NCBI RefSeq assembly: GCF_009914755.1
Contig: NC_060929.1
DNA from: the human T2T-CHM13v2.0 reference genome, Homo sapiens
Direction: 5' to 3' (one strand)
Length of the DNA: 64,000 nucleotides
Numbering within the stretch: position 1 is the first letter of the stretch; every line of letters starts with the position of its first letter. Below the pieces are notes generated by a model. It worked only from the letters and a program-made list of their open reading frames with translations, did not search any database and was not told the origin of the DNA. The position numbers and the translations under genes were made by a program. Shown here one piece after another: positions 20,432-40,070 of the stretch.

Positions 20432-21045
20432 AAAGTGCTAGGTGGCGACAGTGCTATGAGGGCCTTCCAGAACACGGCAACTGCATGTGCACCAGTATCA
20501 CATTATCGAGCTGTTGAAAGTGTGGATTCAAGTGAAGAAAGTTTTTCTGATTCAGATGATGATAGCTGTCTTTGGAAACGCAAACGACAGAAATGTTTTA
20601 ACCCTCCTCCCAAACCAGAGCCTTTTCAGTTTGGCCAGAGCAGTCAGAAACCACCTGTTGCTGGAGGAAAGAAGATTAACAACATATGGGGTGCTGTGCT
20701 GCAGGAACAGAATCAAGATGCAGTGGCCACTGAACTTGGTATCTTGGGAATGGAGGGCACTATTGACAGAAGCAGACAATCCGAGACCTACAATTATTTG
20801 CTTGCCAAGAAACTTAGGAAGGAATCTCAAGAGCATACAAAAGATCTAGACAAGGAACTAGATGAATATATGCATGGTGGCAAAAAAATGGGATCAAAGG
20901 AAGAGGAAAATGGGCAAGGTCATCTCAAAAGGAAACGACCTGTCAAAGACAGGCTAGGGAACAGACCAGAAATGAACTATAAAGGTCGATACGAGATCAC
21001 AGCGGAAGATTCTCAAGAGAAAGTGGCTGATGAAATTTCATTCAG
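20432..21045 (+). CDS. PHAX: PHAX coding exon 2 (614 nt; acidic Ser cluster, basic KRKR motifs)
   Basis: Within ORF 20393..21049; acceptor ttgcag|AAA, donor CAG|GTGAGC; ends in phase 2. Confidence 0.97.
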
Positions 21046-21678
21046 GTGAGCATTTGAATTACAAATAAGTACTTGACCAGATGGCTTCTATTTACAGGAA
21101 ATAAAATGAATGCCAAATACTTTAATGATATGTTCCTTTTTTTTTTTTTTTTTTTGGAGACAGGGTCTTGCTCTGTCACCCAGGCTGGAGTGCAGTTACT
21201 CACTGCAACCTCCGCCTCCTCGCTCAAGGGATTCTCTTACCTCAGCCTCCTGAATAGCTGGGACCACAGGTATGCACCCCCACGCCCAGCTATTCTTTGT
21301 ATTTTTAATAGAGACAGGGTCTTGCCATGTTGTCCAAGCTACTCTCGAACTCCAGAGCTCAAGGGATCCACCCGCCTTTGCCTCTCAAAGTGCTGAGATT
21401 ACAGGCGTGAGCCATGGGCTGGCCTAATCTATTTATTTATTTATTTATTTGAGAAAGGATCTCACTCTTGCCCAGGCTGGAGTGCAGTGCTGCAATCACA
21501 CCTCACTGGAACCTAGAACTCTTGGGCTGAAAGGATCCTTCCACCTCAGCTTCCTGAGTAACTGGGACTACAGGCTCAGGCCATTATGCCTGGCCAATTA
21601 AAAAAAAAAAATTATGGCCAGACAGAGTGGCTCATGCTTGTAATCCCAGCACTTTGGGAGGCTGAGGTGAGTGGATCA

Positions 21679-22082
<404 letters not shown>

Positions 22083-23057
22083 TAGCACAATCAGAGCTCA
22101 TTGAAGCTGAACTCCTGGGCTTAAGCAATCCTCCTGCCTCAACTTCCCAGATTGCTGGGATTATAGGTGTGAGCCACTGTACCTGAGTCTTTGAAAATTT
22201 TTCTTTAAGGAACTGGGATAATTTGGTTATATGAATACATTCGTAATGTATTTTTCTGTTGGTTTTTTGTTTATGAGACAGTCTTGCTCTGTCACCCAGG
22301 CTGGAGTGCAGTGGTGGTATCCTGGCTCACTGCAACGTCCCCTCATGAGAATTGCTTGAACGTGAGAGAGCCACCTGAGTAGCTGGGACTATAGGCATTC
22401 GCCACCACACCCAAATAATTTTTTTTTTTTTGTATTTTTAGTAGAGATAGGGTTTCATTATGTTGGCCGGACTGATCTCGATCTCCTGGCCTCAAGTGAT
22501 TTGCCTGCCTTGGCCTCCCAAATGCTGGGATTATAGGCGTGAGCTGCGCACCCACTGTGTTTTCTTAAATTTGGACAAGCCTGATAGAATAATTTTGTAG
22601 ACTTTTATGAACTGTTAAACAACTTGTTGCATTTAGTGCCATAGAGCTTTTTAAATAAAGCATATATTTTTAAATCATGGGTTGTTTTTGTTTGTTTAGT
22701 GTTTTCAAGAATTTGTGACTTTTTTCTTAACTTTGAGGTATATTTTACAGATAATATTCACCCATTTCTAGTGTTAATTTTTTTAGGAAACATATCAAGT
22801 TGTATAACCATCACCTCTGAAACATTTCTGTCACCCAGTAAGATCCCTTATGTCCACATGCCAGTTTATAGTTAATCCCTGTTCTCATTCCCAGATAACT
22901 GCTAATCTACTTTCTGTCTATAAATTTGCCTTTTTTGGATATTTCATATAAATGGTGTCATGTAGTATGTAATCTCGTGCCTTGCTTCTGTCAGCTAATG
23001 TTATGTTTTTGTTTGTTTTTGTTTTTGTTTTTTTGTGTGTGTGGTTTGTTTTTTTGA

Positions 23058-23237
<180 letters not shown>

Positions 23238-23430
23238 TAGTAGAGACAGGGTTTCGCCATGTTGGCCAGGCTGGTCTCGAACTCCAGACCACCTCAGCCT
23301 CCCAAAGTGGTGGGATTAGAGGCGTAAGCCACTGTGCCCAGCCAATGTTGTGTTTTTGAGATTGATCCATGGTGTAGCAGGAATCAATACATTTTTATAG
23401 TGTGTGTATATATGCATATATTCATATTGA

Positions 23431-23697
<267 letters not shown>

Positions 23698-24279
23698 TAG
23701 TAGAGACAGGGTTTCACCTTGTTGACCAGGCTGGTCTCAAACTTCTAACCTCAGATGATCCACCCCCTTCGACCTCCCAAAGTGTTGGGATTACAGGCAT
23801 GAGCCACCTCACCTGGCCATATTTTCATTTCTTTCAGGTAAATACCCAGAAGTAGAATTGCTTGGTGTATGGTAAATTTACAATTCATGTATTTTTACCA
23901 AGTTCAGATTTTGAATTAACATTTTCATTAGCTCTAAATTACTAATGAACAGTGTCATAAATTTGAAAACAGATACGGTTCAAGAGTAATGCAGGTGGTA
24001 GGAAAACAAGTATTTACTTTCCAGGCAAGCCTATCTGAACACCAGTACTTGATTTTTAAAATACTGGGGAAGTTTGGAATTTGAGTGCTGGAAAGAAACT
24101 TAGAGATGTTGTAAACCAAAACCTTCATTTCACAGATTAATATTAGACCTGGAGTTAAACCCTGATCCTTGTGTTCCTAGTCTATTTCTCTTTCCACAAA
24201 AATGCACTGCCTCCTGTTGAGAAGAAACAAAGGGTGCCAGGTCTGAATTCTTTTTTTTTTTTTTTTTTTTTTTTTTTGA

Positions 24280-24393
<114 letters not shown>

Positions 24394-25225
24394 TAGCTGG
24401 GATTATAGGCATGTGCCACCACACCCAGCTAATTTTGTATTTTTTGTAAAGACGGGGTTTCTCCACGTTAGTCAGACTGGTCTCGAACTCCCAACCTCAG
24501 GTGATCCACCCACCTCGGCCTCCCAAAATGCTGGGATTATAGGTGTGAGCCACCACACCCAGCTGAATTCTTGATCTGTTGAGAGTGTGAGCTTTGACAC
24601 TGGAAGAATTACTTAGGCTACCTATGTTTCTAACCTCTCAGTGACAAAATGAAAACGATAGTACCTATCTTGTACATTCTTGAGAGAATCAGCTGGCATA
24701 GTGCATGTAAGGTTCTTAGGATTGTGCTTATTATAATCATAATAAGCCATCAGTAAATATTAGCTGTTTCTATTTTTTGTTCTGAGGCAGGGAGTCTATG
24801 AGGGAAAGGTCCTATCCCATTTTAAAGCTCCAGACATCTCTGGAATTATGTGAGCCTTAGCTTTTAGGCGTAATAATTGAAAGTATATATGTCTGTTATT
24901 TATTTTGACAATAGTGGACTGCCTTTATCATCTTTTGCATTCAGACCTGCATTCATCGTGCTGCATGTGCATTTTGAAATCTGCTATAATCCAATAAGAC
25001 AAATAAGCCAATTATGAGAGTTTAGATGGAAACTTGAGGTTACCATCTCCTTCTGTGACCCAAGATTAGGAATATTTACATGTCAGTGATTCCAAGATTA
25101 AATATTGAAGATTTAGAAAACCAAAAGTTACTAGAATCAGATTTTTATTCTAGCTGGTGACTAAGGTAGATTTCTTCAACTTTGTACAACAAACAAAGAG
25201 GATAATTTTACTTGTTTCTCATCAG

Positions 25226-25346
25226 GTTACAGGAACCAAAGAAAGACCTGATAGCCCGAGTAGTGAGGATTATTGGTAACAAAAAGGCAATTGAACTTCT
25301 GATGGAAACCGCTGAAGTTGAACAAAATGGTGGTCTCTTTATAATG
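25226..25346 (+). CDS. PHAX: PHAX coding exon 3 (121 nt; RNA-binding domain, LQEPKKDLIARVVRIIGNKKAIELLMETAEVEQNGGLFIM)
   Basis: atcag|G acceptor, ATG|GTAAGA donor; restores phase 0. Confidence 0.96.
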
Positions 25347-25918
25347 GTAAGACTGCTTAACTGTTTTTGTTTTTGTATTGTTTATCCTGTGTTTTTGTTT
25401 TTGTTTTTGATTACAAATTTAACTTTGCCCTTGTTGGATCTGTGATTTATCATGCATTCTTACAGTATGTTTGAAGTTTTTAAACTATTATCAACAATGA
25501 AGACTGTTAAAAAAAAATTAGTTGCCAGGCACGGTGGCTCAAGCCTGTATTCCTAGCACTTTGGGAGGCTGAGGCGGGCCGATCACCTGAGATCGGGAGT
25601 TCGAGACCAGCCTGACCAACATGGAGAAACCCTGTCTCTACTAAAAATACAAAATTAGCCAAGCGTGGTGGCACATACCTGTAATCGCAGCTACTCAGGA
25701 GGCTGAGGCAGGAGAATCACTTGAACCTGAGAGACCAGAGGTTTCAGTGAGCTGAGATCGCACCCTTGCACTCCATCCTGGGCAACAGGAGCGAAACTCC
25801 GTCTCAAAAAAAAAAAGAATAAAAAGAAAAAAAAATTAGTACAGTTGTTTTTGCAGTTAGTACTTCCCTGACAAAAAAACAAACAAACAAACATAAATTA
25901 TAGCCTGTTGCCGTATAG

Positions 25919-26275
<357 letters not shown>

Positions 26276-27740
26276 TGAAGTTTTAAGACGACAAAGTCTA
26301 GGGGAGCCTAGGAGCTCAGATCTTGAGAATATGGGTTTTAGAGTTTGGGTACCCTTTTTTACTTCTAGATTTTCAACATACTAATTGAAATTCGGCTAAG
26401 TTGTTTGACTTCTTGGAGCCTCAGTCTCCTCAGCTGTAAAATGGAGATTAGTCCTACATTTTAAGGATTAGAGGAGATGGTGCACATGAAATACTGACCA
26501 CAGTGCCCAGCACTTTAGCAATGGTAAACAGAAGTGTTCATTTTGGTTCACTTAATTCATGCATTCTTGAAAAAGAGGGCAAAAAAAAAAAACAAAACAC
26601 CCTTTTTTTTGTTTGTTTGTTTTTTGAGACGGAATCTCACTCTGTCGCCCAGGCTGGAGTGCAGTGGCACGATCTCAGCTCACTGAAACCTCCATCTCCC
26701 GAGTTCAAGCAATTCCCCTGCCTCAGCCTCCCAAGTATGCTGGGACTATAGCCTGCCACCACGCCCAGCTAGTTTTTGTATTTTAGTAGAGGCAGGCTTT
26801 CACCATGTTGCCTAGGCTGGTTGAGAACTCCTGAGCTCAGGCAATCCGCCTGCCTCGGCCTCCCAAAGTGCTGGGATTACAGGCTTGAGCCACTGTGCCC
26901 GGTCAACACTTTTGTTATGTAAGCACAGATAGATACACAATAAAGTACAAATAGGTATACAGTATTTTTGTGTGTATTAAAATTTCCTGGGTATAAGAAT
27001 GAAAGTTGGGGGAAGTCTAAAAAGTTCCTGGGGTGGTAGAGCAATAATGGGAGAAAAGTTTGAGAAGCTCTTTACTGTTTCAGAATGACAGAAAGAGCTC
27101 CTCTGGCTAGGCCAGATCACGAGCACTGGCGGTTATAGAAGGGTTTGGCATATCTCATTGAATTCAGCTTTCACCACAGGGTGAGGATGAAGGTTTGAAT
27201 GACTTCCTTGTTTTTTGTTACTGATAAGTCTGAATACTGTAATAACATCACAAGGGAGTAGATCAATATTGTGCTTTGGACATGGGGAGAAAAAAAACCC
27301 AGTTAGGATTAATAGCATTGGCTAAGGAAACAGCCTGTGAACATAAATTACAGAAGTCAAAACAGAAGTTAGCAACAAAAGAAATTATAATAATCATGAA
27401 TGCACTGCCATCCCTATTTGTGTCATTGTTAAAGTACTTCAATTTTCATTCAGTTGAACACAGAGTTACAGATTTCATCAATATTTTAGTACTGTAGTGA
27501 TAAAACTTTATATTCCAGTGAGCTAATGCAGATTTACTGAATATTGGGAAGATGCAAGTTCAAATTTACTTTCTTATTTTATTTTATTTTTTGAGACACA
27601 GTCTGGCTCTCTTGCCCAGGCTGGAGTACAGTGGCGCGATCTCAGCTCACTGTATCCTCCACCTCCCAGGCTCAAGCCATCCCCCACCTCAGCCTTCTGA
27701 GTAGCTGGGATTGCAGGTGCGTGCCACCGCGCTTGGCTAA

Positions 27741-28100
<360 letters not shown>

Positions 28101-29358
28101 TAATAGAGACAGGGTTTCTCCATGTTGAGCAGGCTGGTCTCAAACTCCTGACCTCAGGTGATCTGCCGGCCTCGGCCTCCCAAAGTGCTGGGATTACAGG
28201 CGTGAGGCACCACGCCCGGCCTCCAAATTTACTTTCTTTGGATACATTATTTCCTTGAATTCAGTGCTTTCTACGTGCCAGGCACTGTTCTAGAGGAGGG
28301 AGCTTATGTTGTGGTTGGGGGAAAGGAAGACAGTCTATAAACAATAAATATAACTTCAAGTATGTTAAAAAGTGATACATTGACCAGATGCACCTGTAAT
28401 CCCAGCACTTTGGGGGGCCAAGGAGGGTAGATTGCTTGAGTACAGGAGTTCGAGACCAGCCTGGGCAACATGGTGAAATCCTGTTCTACAAAAAATATGT
28501 ATACATATATTAGCCAGGCTTGGTGGCACATGTGTTTAGTCCCAACTACCTAGGAGGCTGAGGTGGGAGGATCACTTGAACCTGGGAGGTCAAGGCTGCA
28601 GTGAACTGTAATCGTGCCACTGCGCTCCAGCTTGGGTGACAGAGCGAGACCCTGTCTCGAAAAAAAAAAAAAAGTGATACATCCTATGGGAAAAGAAAGA
28701 AATCAGATGGAGCTATAGGGAATAGTAGCAGAGAGGAGGACGTTGCAGTTAAACTAGAGTGGTCTGGGTAGATGTTATTAAGAAGGTGCAATTTGAACAA
28801 AGACTTGAGGTGAAGCAATGAATACTGCAGGAAGAATAGACCAAGCAGAAGTAACAGCTATTGTAGAAGTGAAGGGTGCCCAGCAAGGCCAGAACTAGCA
28901 TGAAGTGAGCAGTTTACTTGCTTTAGGTTCAAAATTTGACAGTGCCTTAAAAACTCAATAATCAAAATAAATAATATTTGAATGTACCAGTTCAAAAATC
29001 AAAATTAATGCAAAAAATCCATAATGGACAAAATTTTAAAGATAGGCTCTTACCCTGTACTTGGCAAGACTGCTCTCTCCACCCTAATCTCTACCTAGTT
29101 CCTGTCTCAACAAGGGGCCAATGTGGCAGGAGCAGAGTGCATGAGAGAGTGAGTAGGATATAAGGTCAGAGAGATAATTGGGCCAGGTCTAGTGGGAACT
29201 TGTTTGCCATCTTAAGGAATTTTCCTTTTACTTTAAATGAAATGGCCCATAGAGGGTTTTGAACAGATAAGAAATGCATTTCCTAGGCCGGGCGTGGTGG
29301 CTCACACCTGTAATCCCACCACTTTGGGAGACCGAGGTGGGCGGATCACCTGAGGTCA

Positions 29359-29637
<279 letters not shown>

Positions 29638-29924
29638 TTAGATGCAGGAAAAGCCTTTCCAATGGGTCTGACCAGCATGGTAGCAGTGGGGTGAAGGAAA
29701 AGTGGTCAGATTCTGGGTATATGTGGAAGATACGGCCAACAGAATTTCCTAGTGGATTAGATGGAGGATGTAAGAAAAGGAAGAGTCAAAGATGACTCCA
29801 AGGTTTTTAGCCAGTTTGAAGAGCAATATCCAAAAATTCACATTGGCTTCAAAGTCTCAAAAGTCTATTTAACATGAACATGGAAGGGTATGTATAATGG
29901 ATTGTTTAATGAAAAGACAGATTA

Positions 29925-30215
<291 letters not shown>

Positions 30216-30604
30216 TCAAAAATAAATAAACAAGCCAATTTATATGACAGAATCCCATTTGGGGTTGGAGTTACAAATATATGTGGCATATAAAAAAGTA
30301 AAAAGATGTCCAGGTGTGGTGGCTCACACGTGTGTAATCCTGAGACCAGCCTGGGTGACATGGTGAAACCTTATCTCTACCAAAAAAATACAAAAATTAG
30401 CTGTATGTTGTGGCACATGCTTGTAGTCCCAGCTACTTGGGAGGCTAAGGAGGTGGGAGGATCCCTTGAGCCCAGAAGGTCGAGCTGCAGTGAGGCATGA
30501 TCACACCACCTCACTTCAGCCTGGGTGAAGAGCGAGACTGTGTCAGAAAAAAGTAAAAAGATTATATGTGTCAAAATGTTACAGTGATTACCTATGGTTA
30601 GTAG

Positions 30605-30985
<381 letters not shown>

Positions 30986-31549
30986 TGAGACAGTCTTGCT
31001 CTGTCACCCAGGGTGGAGTACAGTGTTGCCATCTCAGCTCACTGCAACCTCTGCCTCCCAGATTCAAACAATTCTCCTGCCCTCAGCCTTCTGAGTAACT
31101 GGGATTACAGGCATATCCCACCATGTCCAGCTAATTTTGTATTTTTATTAGAAACAGGGTTTCACCATGTTGGCCAGGCTGGTCTCAAACTCCTGACCTC
31201 AAGTGATCCACCCGTCTCGGCCTCCCAAAGTGTTGGGTATAATACCCAACACCCAACCCGTGAGTCACCGCACCCGGCCACAAGTGTGTATATGTACCTA
31301 TTTCCTTATTTTTAAAAATTCAGTTATTTGAATAGGCAACCAGTTCACATGGTAAAACAAGAAAGAGTATCAAGGGCTAAAGGGAGGAGGCTAAGGGAAA
31401 TTTATGTGTACAGAGTTTCAGATTTGCAAGATGAAACAGTTTTGGAGATCTGTTTTATAACCGTGTAAATATACTTTACTACTGAACTGTACACTTAAAA
31501 ATTGTGAAGATGACAAAATTTTTTTGTCATGTCTTTATTATCACAATAA

Positions 31550-31847
<298 letters not shown>

Positions 31848-32116
31848 TGACCTCATGATCTGCCCACTTTGGCCTCCCAAAGTGCTGGGATTACAGGCGT
31901 GAGCCACCGTACCCGGCCCTAACACACTTGTTTTTACACAAATGGTCATATACTATGCATACTATTCTATACCTTGCTTTTTTTTTTTAACTTAATTTCT
32001 CTTAGAAACCTTATCAAGTATGTAGAGAGCCCCCTCATTCTTTTTTGCAGTTGCTAGCATTCCAGTGAATAGTTATATCATAATTTATATGACTATGTGT
32101 ATATGACATACATGCT

Positions 32117-32774
32117 CAGTCGATCCTCATTATTTGTAGATTTTATATTTTCAAATTTGCCTACCTGGTAAAAGTTATTCATAACCTCAAATCAATACTA
32201 GTGGTGGTTTCACAGTCATTCACAGATGTGCAGTGTCTAAAAAAATTTGAGTTGTCCGACATGCACATGCTTAGCTGAGGTCAAACAGGGCAACATTGCT
32301 TTGTTTCAGCTTCCATACTATAAACAGGTGTTCTTTTCAAGGTCTATTTTAGTGCCATCTTTTTCACATTCTGTGCTTTTTTTTTTTTTTTTTTGCGCCC
32401 CTCTGGGGATTTTGCTGTTTAAAATGGCCCCTCCAAGGGTAGTGCTGTAGTGCCAACTAGTGTTTCTAAGTGCAAGAAGACTGTGACATGCGTTAGAGAG
32501 AAAATATGGTTAGATAAGCATCGTTTAGGCATGAGTTATAGGCTGTTGGCCACTAATTCAATGTTAATGAATCAACAATATGTTTTCAATAAGGTGTCTT
32601 TAAACCAAGATACATACAAGGTTATATACTGATCTGTTGACAAAAGTGTTGTCTATCAGAGGCTTTCAGGAACCTAACCCTGTATTTTTCAGAAGGAATG
32701 TTTCAATATTTGCTAATTCAATGTTTGCAGCAACTTTATAAAACGTAACTACCATGACTATTGAGAAGCCACTG
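32117..32774 (+). mobile_element. MER82-like (TcMar-Tigger) DNA transposon, about 660 bp
   Basis: Starts CAGTCGATCCTCATTATT and ends ...CCACTG-TA; resembles the recalled MER82 consensus. Confidence 0.7.
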
Positions 32775-32979
32775 TATGTGTGTATATATATCTGATTTAT
32801 TATATATATACATTTAAATATTTGATCCCTTTGGAATATATCTTGGTATAAGACATGAGGTGTGAATCCAACATAATATTTTCCATGGTGGCTACCCAGT
32901 AGCTCAACCACCAACTTTTTTTTTTTTTTTTTTGAAATAGAGGTTTGCATGAGACTTTGTCTCAAAAAAAAAAAAATGA

Positions 32980-33243
<264 letters not shown>

Positions 33244-34117
33244 TGAGCAACTGCGCCCAGCCTCAAATGCCAATTCTTGAATAATACATTTATCTTCTCC
33301 AATTTAAGATAGTATCTGTATCATAGACTAAATACCCATATATATTTGGCTTTTTTTTCTAGGTTTTCTATTTTGCTTCACTGATCATTCTAGTTTTATT
33401 TTGGAACCATACTGTTTTAATTATTTAGAGTTTATGATGTGTTTTAACATCTAATAGAATATTCATGGTGGGTGCGGTGGCTCACACCTGTAATCCTAGC
33501 ACTTTGTGAGGCTGAGGCGGGCAGATCGCCTGAGGTCAGGAGTTTGAGACCAGGCTGGCCAACATGGCGAAACCCCGTTTCTACTAAAAATACAAAAATT
33601 CGCCAGGCGTGGTGGGGAGTGCCTATAATCCCAGCTACTCAGGAGGCTGAGGCAGGAGAAACGCTTGAACCCCGGAGGGCAGAGGCTGCAGTGAGCCGAG
33701 ATCGCGCCATTTCACTCCAGCCTGAGCGAAAGAGTGAAACTCCATCTCAAAAAAAAAAAAAAAAAAGAATATTCACTGACTTAGCCAGGTGGCAGATTAA
33801 AACAGAAAATCCAGTCATTTGTTAGGTCATTTGAGCTGAGTGGCCTATTTCTCTTTGTTACCATATAGATTTTTTAAATCACGGAATTTCAGAATTAAAA
33901 AAGACCAAATATTTTTGGCCTTCATTTTATAGATGAAGAAACTGAAACTCATATTTCGGTAATTTACTCATGTTACCTATTTTGTAAGAGTCAGAATCAG
34001 GACTGGACTTCAGATCTGGTATTTCTTCTATCCCCTTAATTGTGTCTCTGTTAAAAGATGCCTTGACCATTTATGGGAAGAGTATATGCAGTTTACCTTT
34101 TCTGTTCCTTTTTGTAG

Positions 34118-34201
34118 AATGGTAGTCGAAGAAGAACACCAGGTGGAGTTTTTCTGAATCTCTTGAAAAACACTCCTAGTATCAGCGAGGAACAAATTAA
34201 G
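34118..34201 (+). CDS. PHAX: PHAX coding exon 4 (84 nt, NGSRRRTPGGVFLNLLKNTPSISEEQIK)
   Basis: Polypyrimidine tract and tgtag acceptor; AAG|GTAATG donor; carries the conserved RRTPGG motif. Confidence 0.96.
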
Positions 34202-34332
34202 GTAATGATAATGTCCTCACCTCTTAAGCGCCATCATAATTTGACTTCTACTCACCCTCTACCTTCATTTTCTATGGATATGCATTACCTGTTCTGCCTT
34301 CAGTGGACTGATTTTGTTATTATCTTAAGTAA

Positions 34333-35041
<709 letters not shown>

Positions 35042-35906
35042 TAGTGATCCACCCACCTCAGCCTCCCAGAGTGTTGGGATTATAGGCATGAGCCACCACG
35101 CCTGGCCTATACAGTCTTTTCCTGTTCCATGTGGAAATAAATAACAAGCATCAGATGCTTAGTTCTAATTATTTGAACAAGCGTAAGGGCAGGCAATGAG
35201 TCTGGAGTGAGTGTACAGTTAACACTTCAGCTTGGTGCCATCCCCCACCAAAAAAAAAATACAAAAAAAAAGTATCTCCCAGTAATGACAATACCCTACA
35301 TAACCACAAGACCCATTATCACTCCTAAGAGAAATAAAAACAATTTCATAGTATTCAATATCTAGACCTTATTCCAATTTCCTAATTTGTCCCAAGAATA
35401 TATTTTATATACTTTCCCCCTAAGCAGAATACAGTCTAGGTTTCCATATTCCATTTGTTGTATCTCCTCCTGTATTATATATTTTTAATTAAATTTTTTT
35501 TTTTAATTTTTGGAAACAAAGTCTTTTTTTAAAAACTGTTTTTTTTTTTTTTGAGATGGAGTCTTGCTCTGTCGCCAGGCTGGAGTGCAGTGTCATGATC
35601 TCGGCAACCTCTGCCTCCCGGGTTCAAGCAAGTCCCCTGCCTCAGCCTCCTGAGTAGCTGGGATTACAGGCTTGCGCCACCACGCCCAGCTAATTTTTTG
35701 TATTTTAGTAGAGATGGGGTTTCACCATGTTAACCAGGATGGTCTCGATCTCCTGACCTCGTGATCTGCCTGCCTTGGCCTCCCAAAGTGCTGGGATTCA
35801 GGCATGAGCCACCACGCCCGGCCGGAGACAAAGTCTTACTCTGTTGCCCCAGCTGGAGTGCATCATCACAGCTCACTGCATTCTTGACCTCCCTGGTCTT
35901 AGATGA

Positions 35907-36134
<228 letters not shown>

Positions 36135-36244
36135 TAGACCTTTTGAAGAGTTAAAGATGGTTAGGTCAGGCGTGGTGGCTCCTGTCTGTAATTCCAGCAT
36201 TTTGGGAGGCCGAGGTGGGCAGATCAGTTGAGTTCAGGAGTTCA

Positions 36245-36442
<198 letters not shown>

Positions 36443-37887
36443 TTAAAAAAAAAAAAAAAAAGTTACAGGTGGTTATCTTACAGAATATTAGGTTACCTTA
36501 TTATATTTTGGTGATTGTCTCCTTGTGGCTTTCATTCATTCTTCTGTCTCCAGTATTATAAACTAGAAGGTGTAGACTCTTTAGTATTTTAAATCATGTT
36601 TGTGTTACTGGGAATATCTTTTACGGACATTCTTCTACAGTATGGATTTTTCAAAACTTAAAATTTGTTTTCTTTTAATTTGTTAATCCGAGAACATGAT
36701 TTGCACTTAGCATTTATTCATAGACTAAAGATTGAGAACTAAACTCTTGCATAGGAAAGAGGTGGTGCACATCTATCACAGCTGTTGTATTTGAGTAGCC
36801 GCACATTTTCCTTATGATAACAATGGTGATAAAGGTAATAGGAATGTGTCTTTTAGCCATACTGACTGTAATGCTAATGATGACAGATAAAGCAACTTAC
36901 CTTGAGCTGGTCCAGGTAATTGCATTTTGCATCTGCTCAGTGTTCTTTTTCCTTAAGTTTTCTGGCTGTTCTCTTAACAGTCATTTTAATAGAGTCTGCT
37001 ATATTGACATTCCTATAGGAAATGTTACTGTAAATCTAAAATCTCTAGTAACTACTTTTTTCATTTCATTGTAACAACTGTTTCAGTAACATGATTTGTA
37101 ACAATGTAAGTTTCCTTAGGAACACAACTGTTGAGTGGTAGCAAAGATTATACTCTAATGTTCTCTCCTCTCACCCAAAGTAATTCTTGACAAAAAGTAT
37201 GTACTTAAAAGATACCTTCTAAGTAACTAAACCTTGGACAAATAATATTCTCAGGCAGGAGAAAAGAAATACTGTAACATTTATTGATTTCCTCCCACTG
37301 GACCAAAGATTAATATTATATAACTTAATCTTCACCACATTGTATCACCGTGAATGTTACAAATGGAGAATAATCAAAATTATATGCCTGAGATCACACA
37401 GACCACTCTGACTCCAAAACCATGTTGGAGTTATTTTCACTGTATTATGTCTTTGTAATTCAGTTATTCCAGCTCATTTAGGGAAAGGATTTTAATACTA
37501 GAAAGTTTTTATGTCAAACTACCAGAAACTTTGCATTATAATAACAAAAAATAGAAACACTTGGAATATCTAATAATAGGGAAATGTTGACTTACAAGGA
37601 CATTCTTTTGTTTGTTTGTTTTTTTGAGACAGAGTCTCACTCTGTCCCCTAGGCTGAGTGCAGTGGACGATCTCGGCTCACTGCATCCTCCGCCTCCCAG
37701 CTTCAAGCAGTTCTCTCACCTCAGCCTCTCGAGTAGCTGGGATTACAGGCATACCACCACACCCGGCTAATTTTTGTATTTTTAGTAGAGACAGGGTTTC
37801 ACCATGTTGTCTGGGCTTGTCCCAAACTCCTGACTTCAGGTGATCCACCCTCCTCGGCCTCCCAAAGTGCTGGAATTACAGGAGTGA

Positions 37888-38079
<192 letters not shown>

Positions 38080-38867
38080 TAGGTCTCCTGCTATCACTCA
38101 GGCAGGAGTCCAATGGCACTATCGTAGCTCACTGTAGCCTCAAACTCCAGGGCTCAAGTGACCCTCTTGCCTCAGCCTCCTTAGTAGCTGGGACTGTAGG
38201 GCACATGCCATCACTCTCAGCTTATTTTTAAAATATTTTGTAGAGACAGGGTCTTATATTGCCCAGTCTAGTCTCAAACTCCTGGCCTTAAGCAATCCTC
38301 CTGCCTGGGCCTCCCAAAGTCCTGGGATTACAGGTGTGAGCCACCATGCCTGACCAATAAAATTTTATTATAGATCATTTATTTCAGATGCCACCTAAAT
38401 GATGATGTTATAATTATTCTTTTAATTGCTATATTGCTAACAGTCACCATATGTAGAACTTAGAAGCCAGAACTTGACTAAGTTTGTTTTCCTGTTTTAA
38501 AATTCCATTTGGGTACATGACCTCACAATTAAGTTTTGTTTTGAAAAATACAAAGTTTTCTGAAGGAAAAAAGCAATAGTTAAAACTTTATTTGCTTTGT
38601 TCAAAGAAAAAAAAAAGCTCAGCTAAAACACTAGAGTTAGATCCTTAACTTGGAGAGTTAAGTATATATAGATATGGATGGGAGGGGGGAAATTTTCCCT
38701 CAAATTACCTGTCTGCATTTGTGATAAAGATATTAACAACATGTTGCAACAACATTTTGGGGACCATTTCCCACTTTGTTCTATTAAATTCATAACGCAT
38801 GGGAATGAAGTTTGTTTTTATTTTGTTTATTGTTTATTTTTTTAATTTTTGAGACGGAGTCTCCTAG

Positions 38868-39236
<369 letters not shown>

Positions 39237-39304
39237 TGATCCGCCCGCCTCAGCCTCTCAAAGTGCTGGGATTACAGGCGAGAGCCAGCAAACCCAGCCT
39301 AATT

Positions 39305-39337
<33 letters not shown>

Positions 39338-39668
39338 AGTAGAGATGGAGTTTTACCATATTGGCCAGGCTGGTCTCGAACTCCTGACCTCAAGTGATCT
39401 GACCACCTCGGCCTCCTGAAATGCTAGGATTACAAGAATGCGCTACCACACCTGGCCAAAGTTTCTTTTTAATAAGGCTTGCCATATTTGGAGAGAAAAG
39501 GGCAGTTTCGTAAAATTTACTCAGTGTTACCAAGCATTATACTACTTAGAATTCTTAGCAAGATGCTTGGATATGCTTCCATATAAAATGAAAATGCTTC
39601 TACTGTGGCTTCTTCATATTCTTTGAATTAAAGGTAAGTGAACTCTTGGAAAAAATTGCAAATCATCA

Positions 39669-39845
<177 letters not shown>

Positions 39846-39848
39846 TTA

Positions 39849-40070
<222 letters not shown>

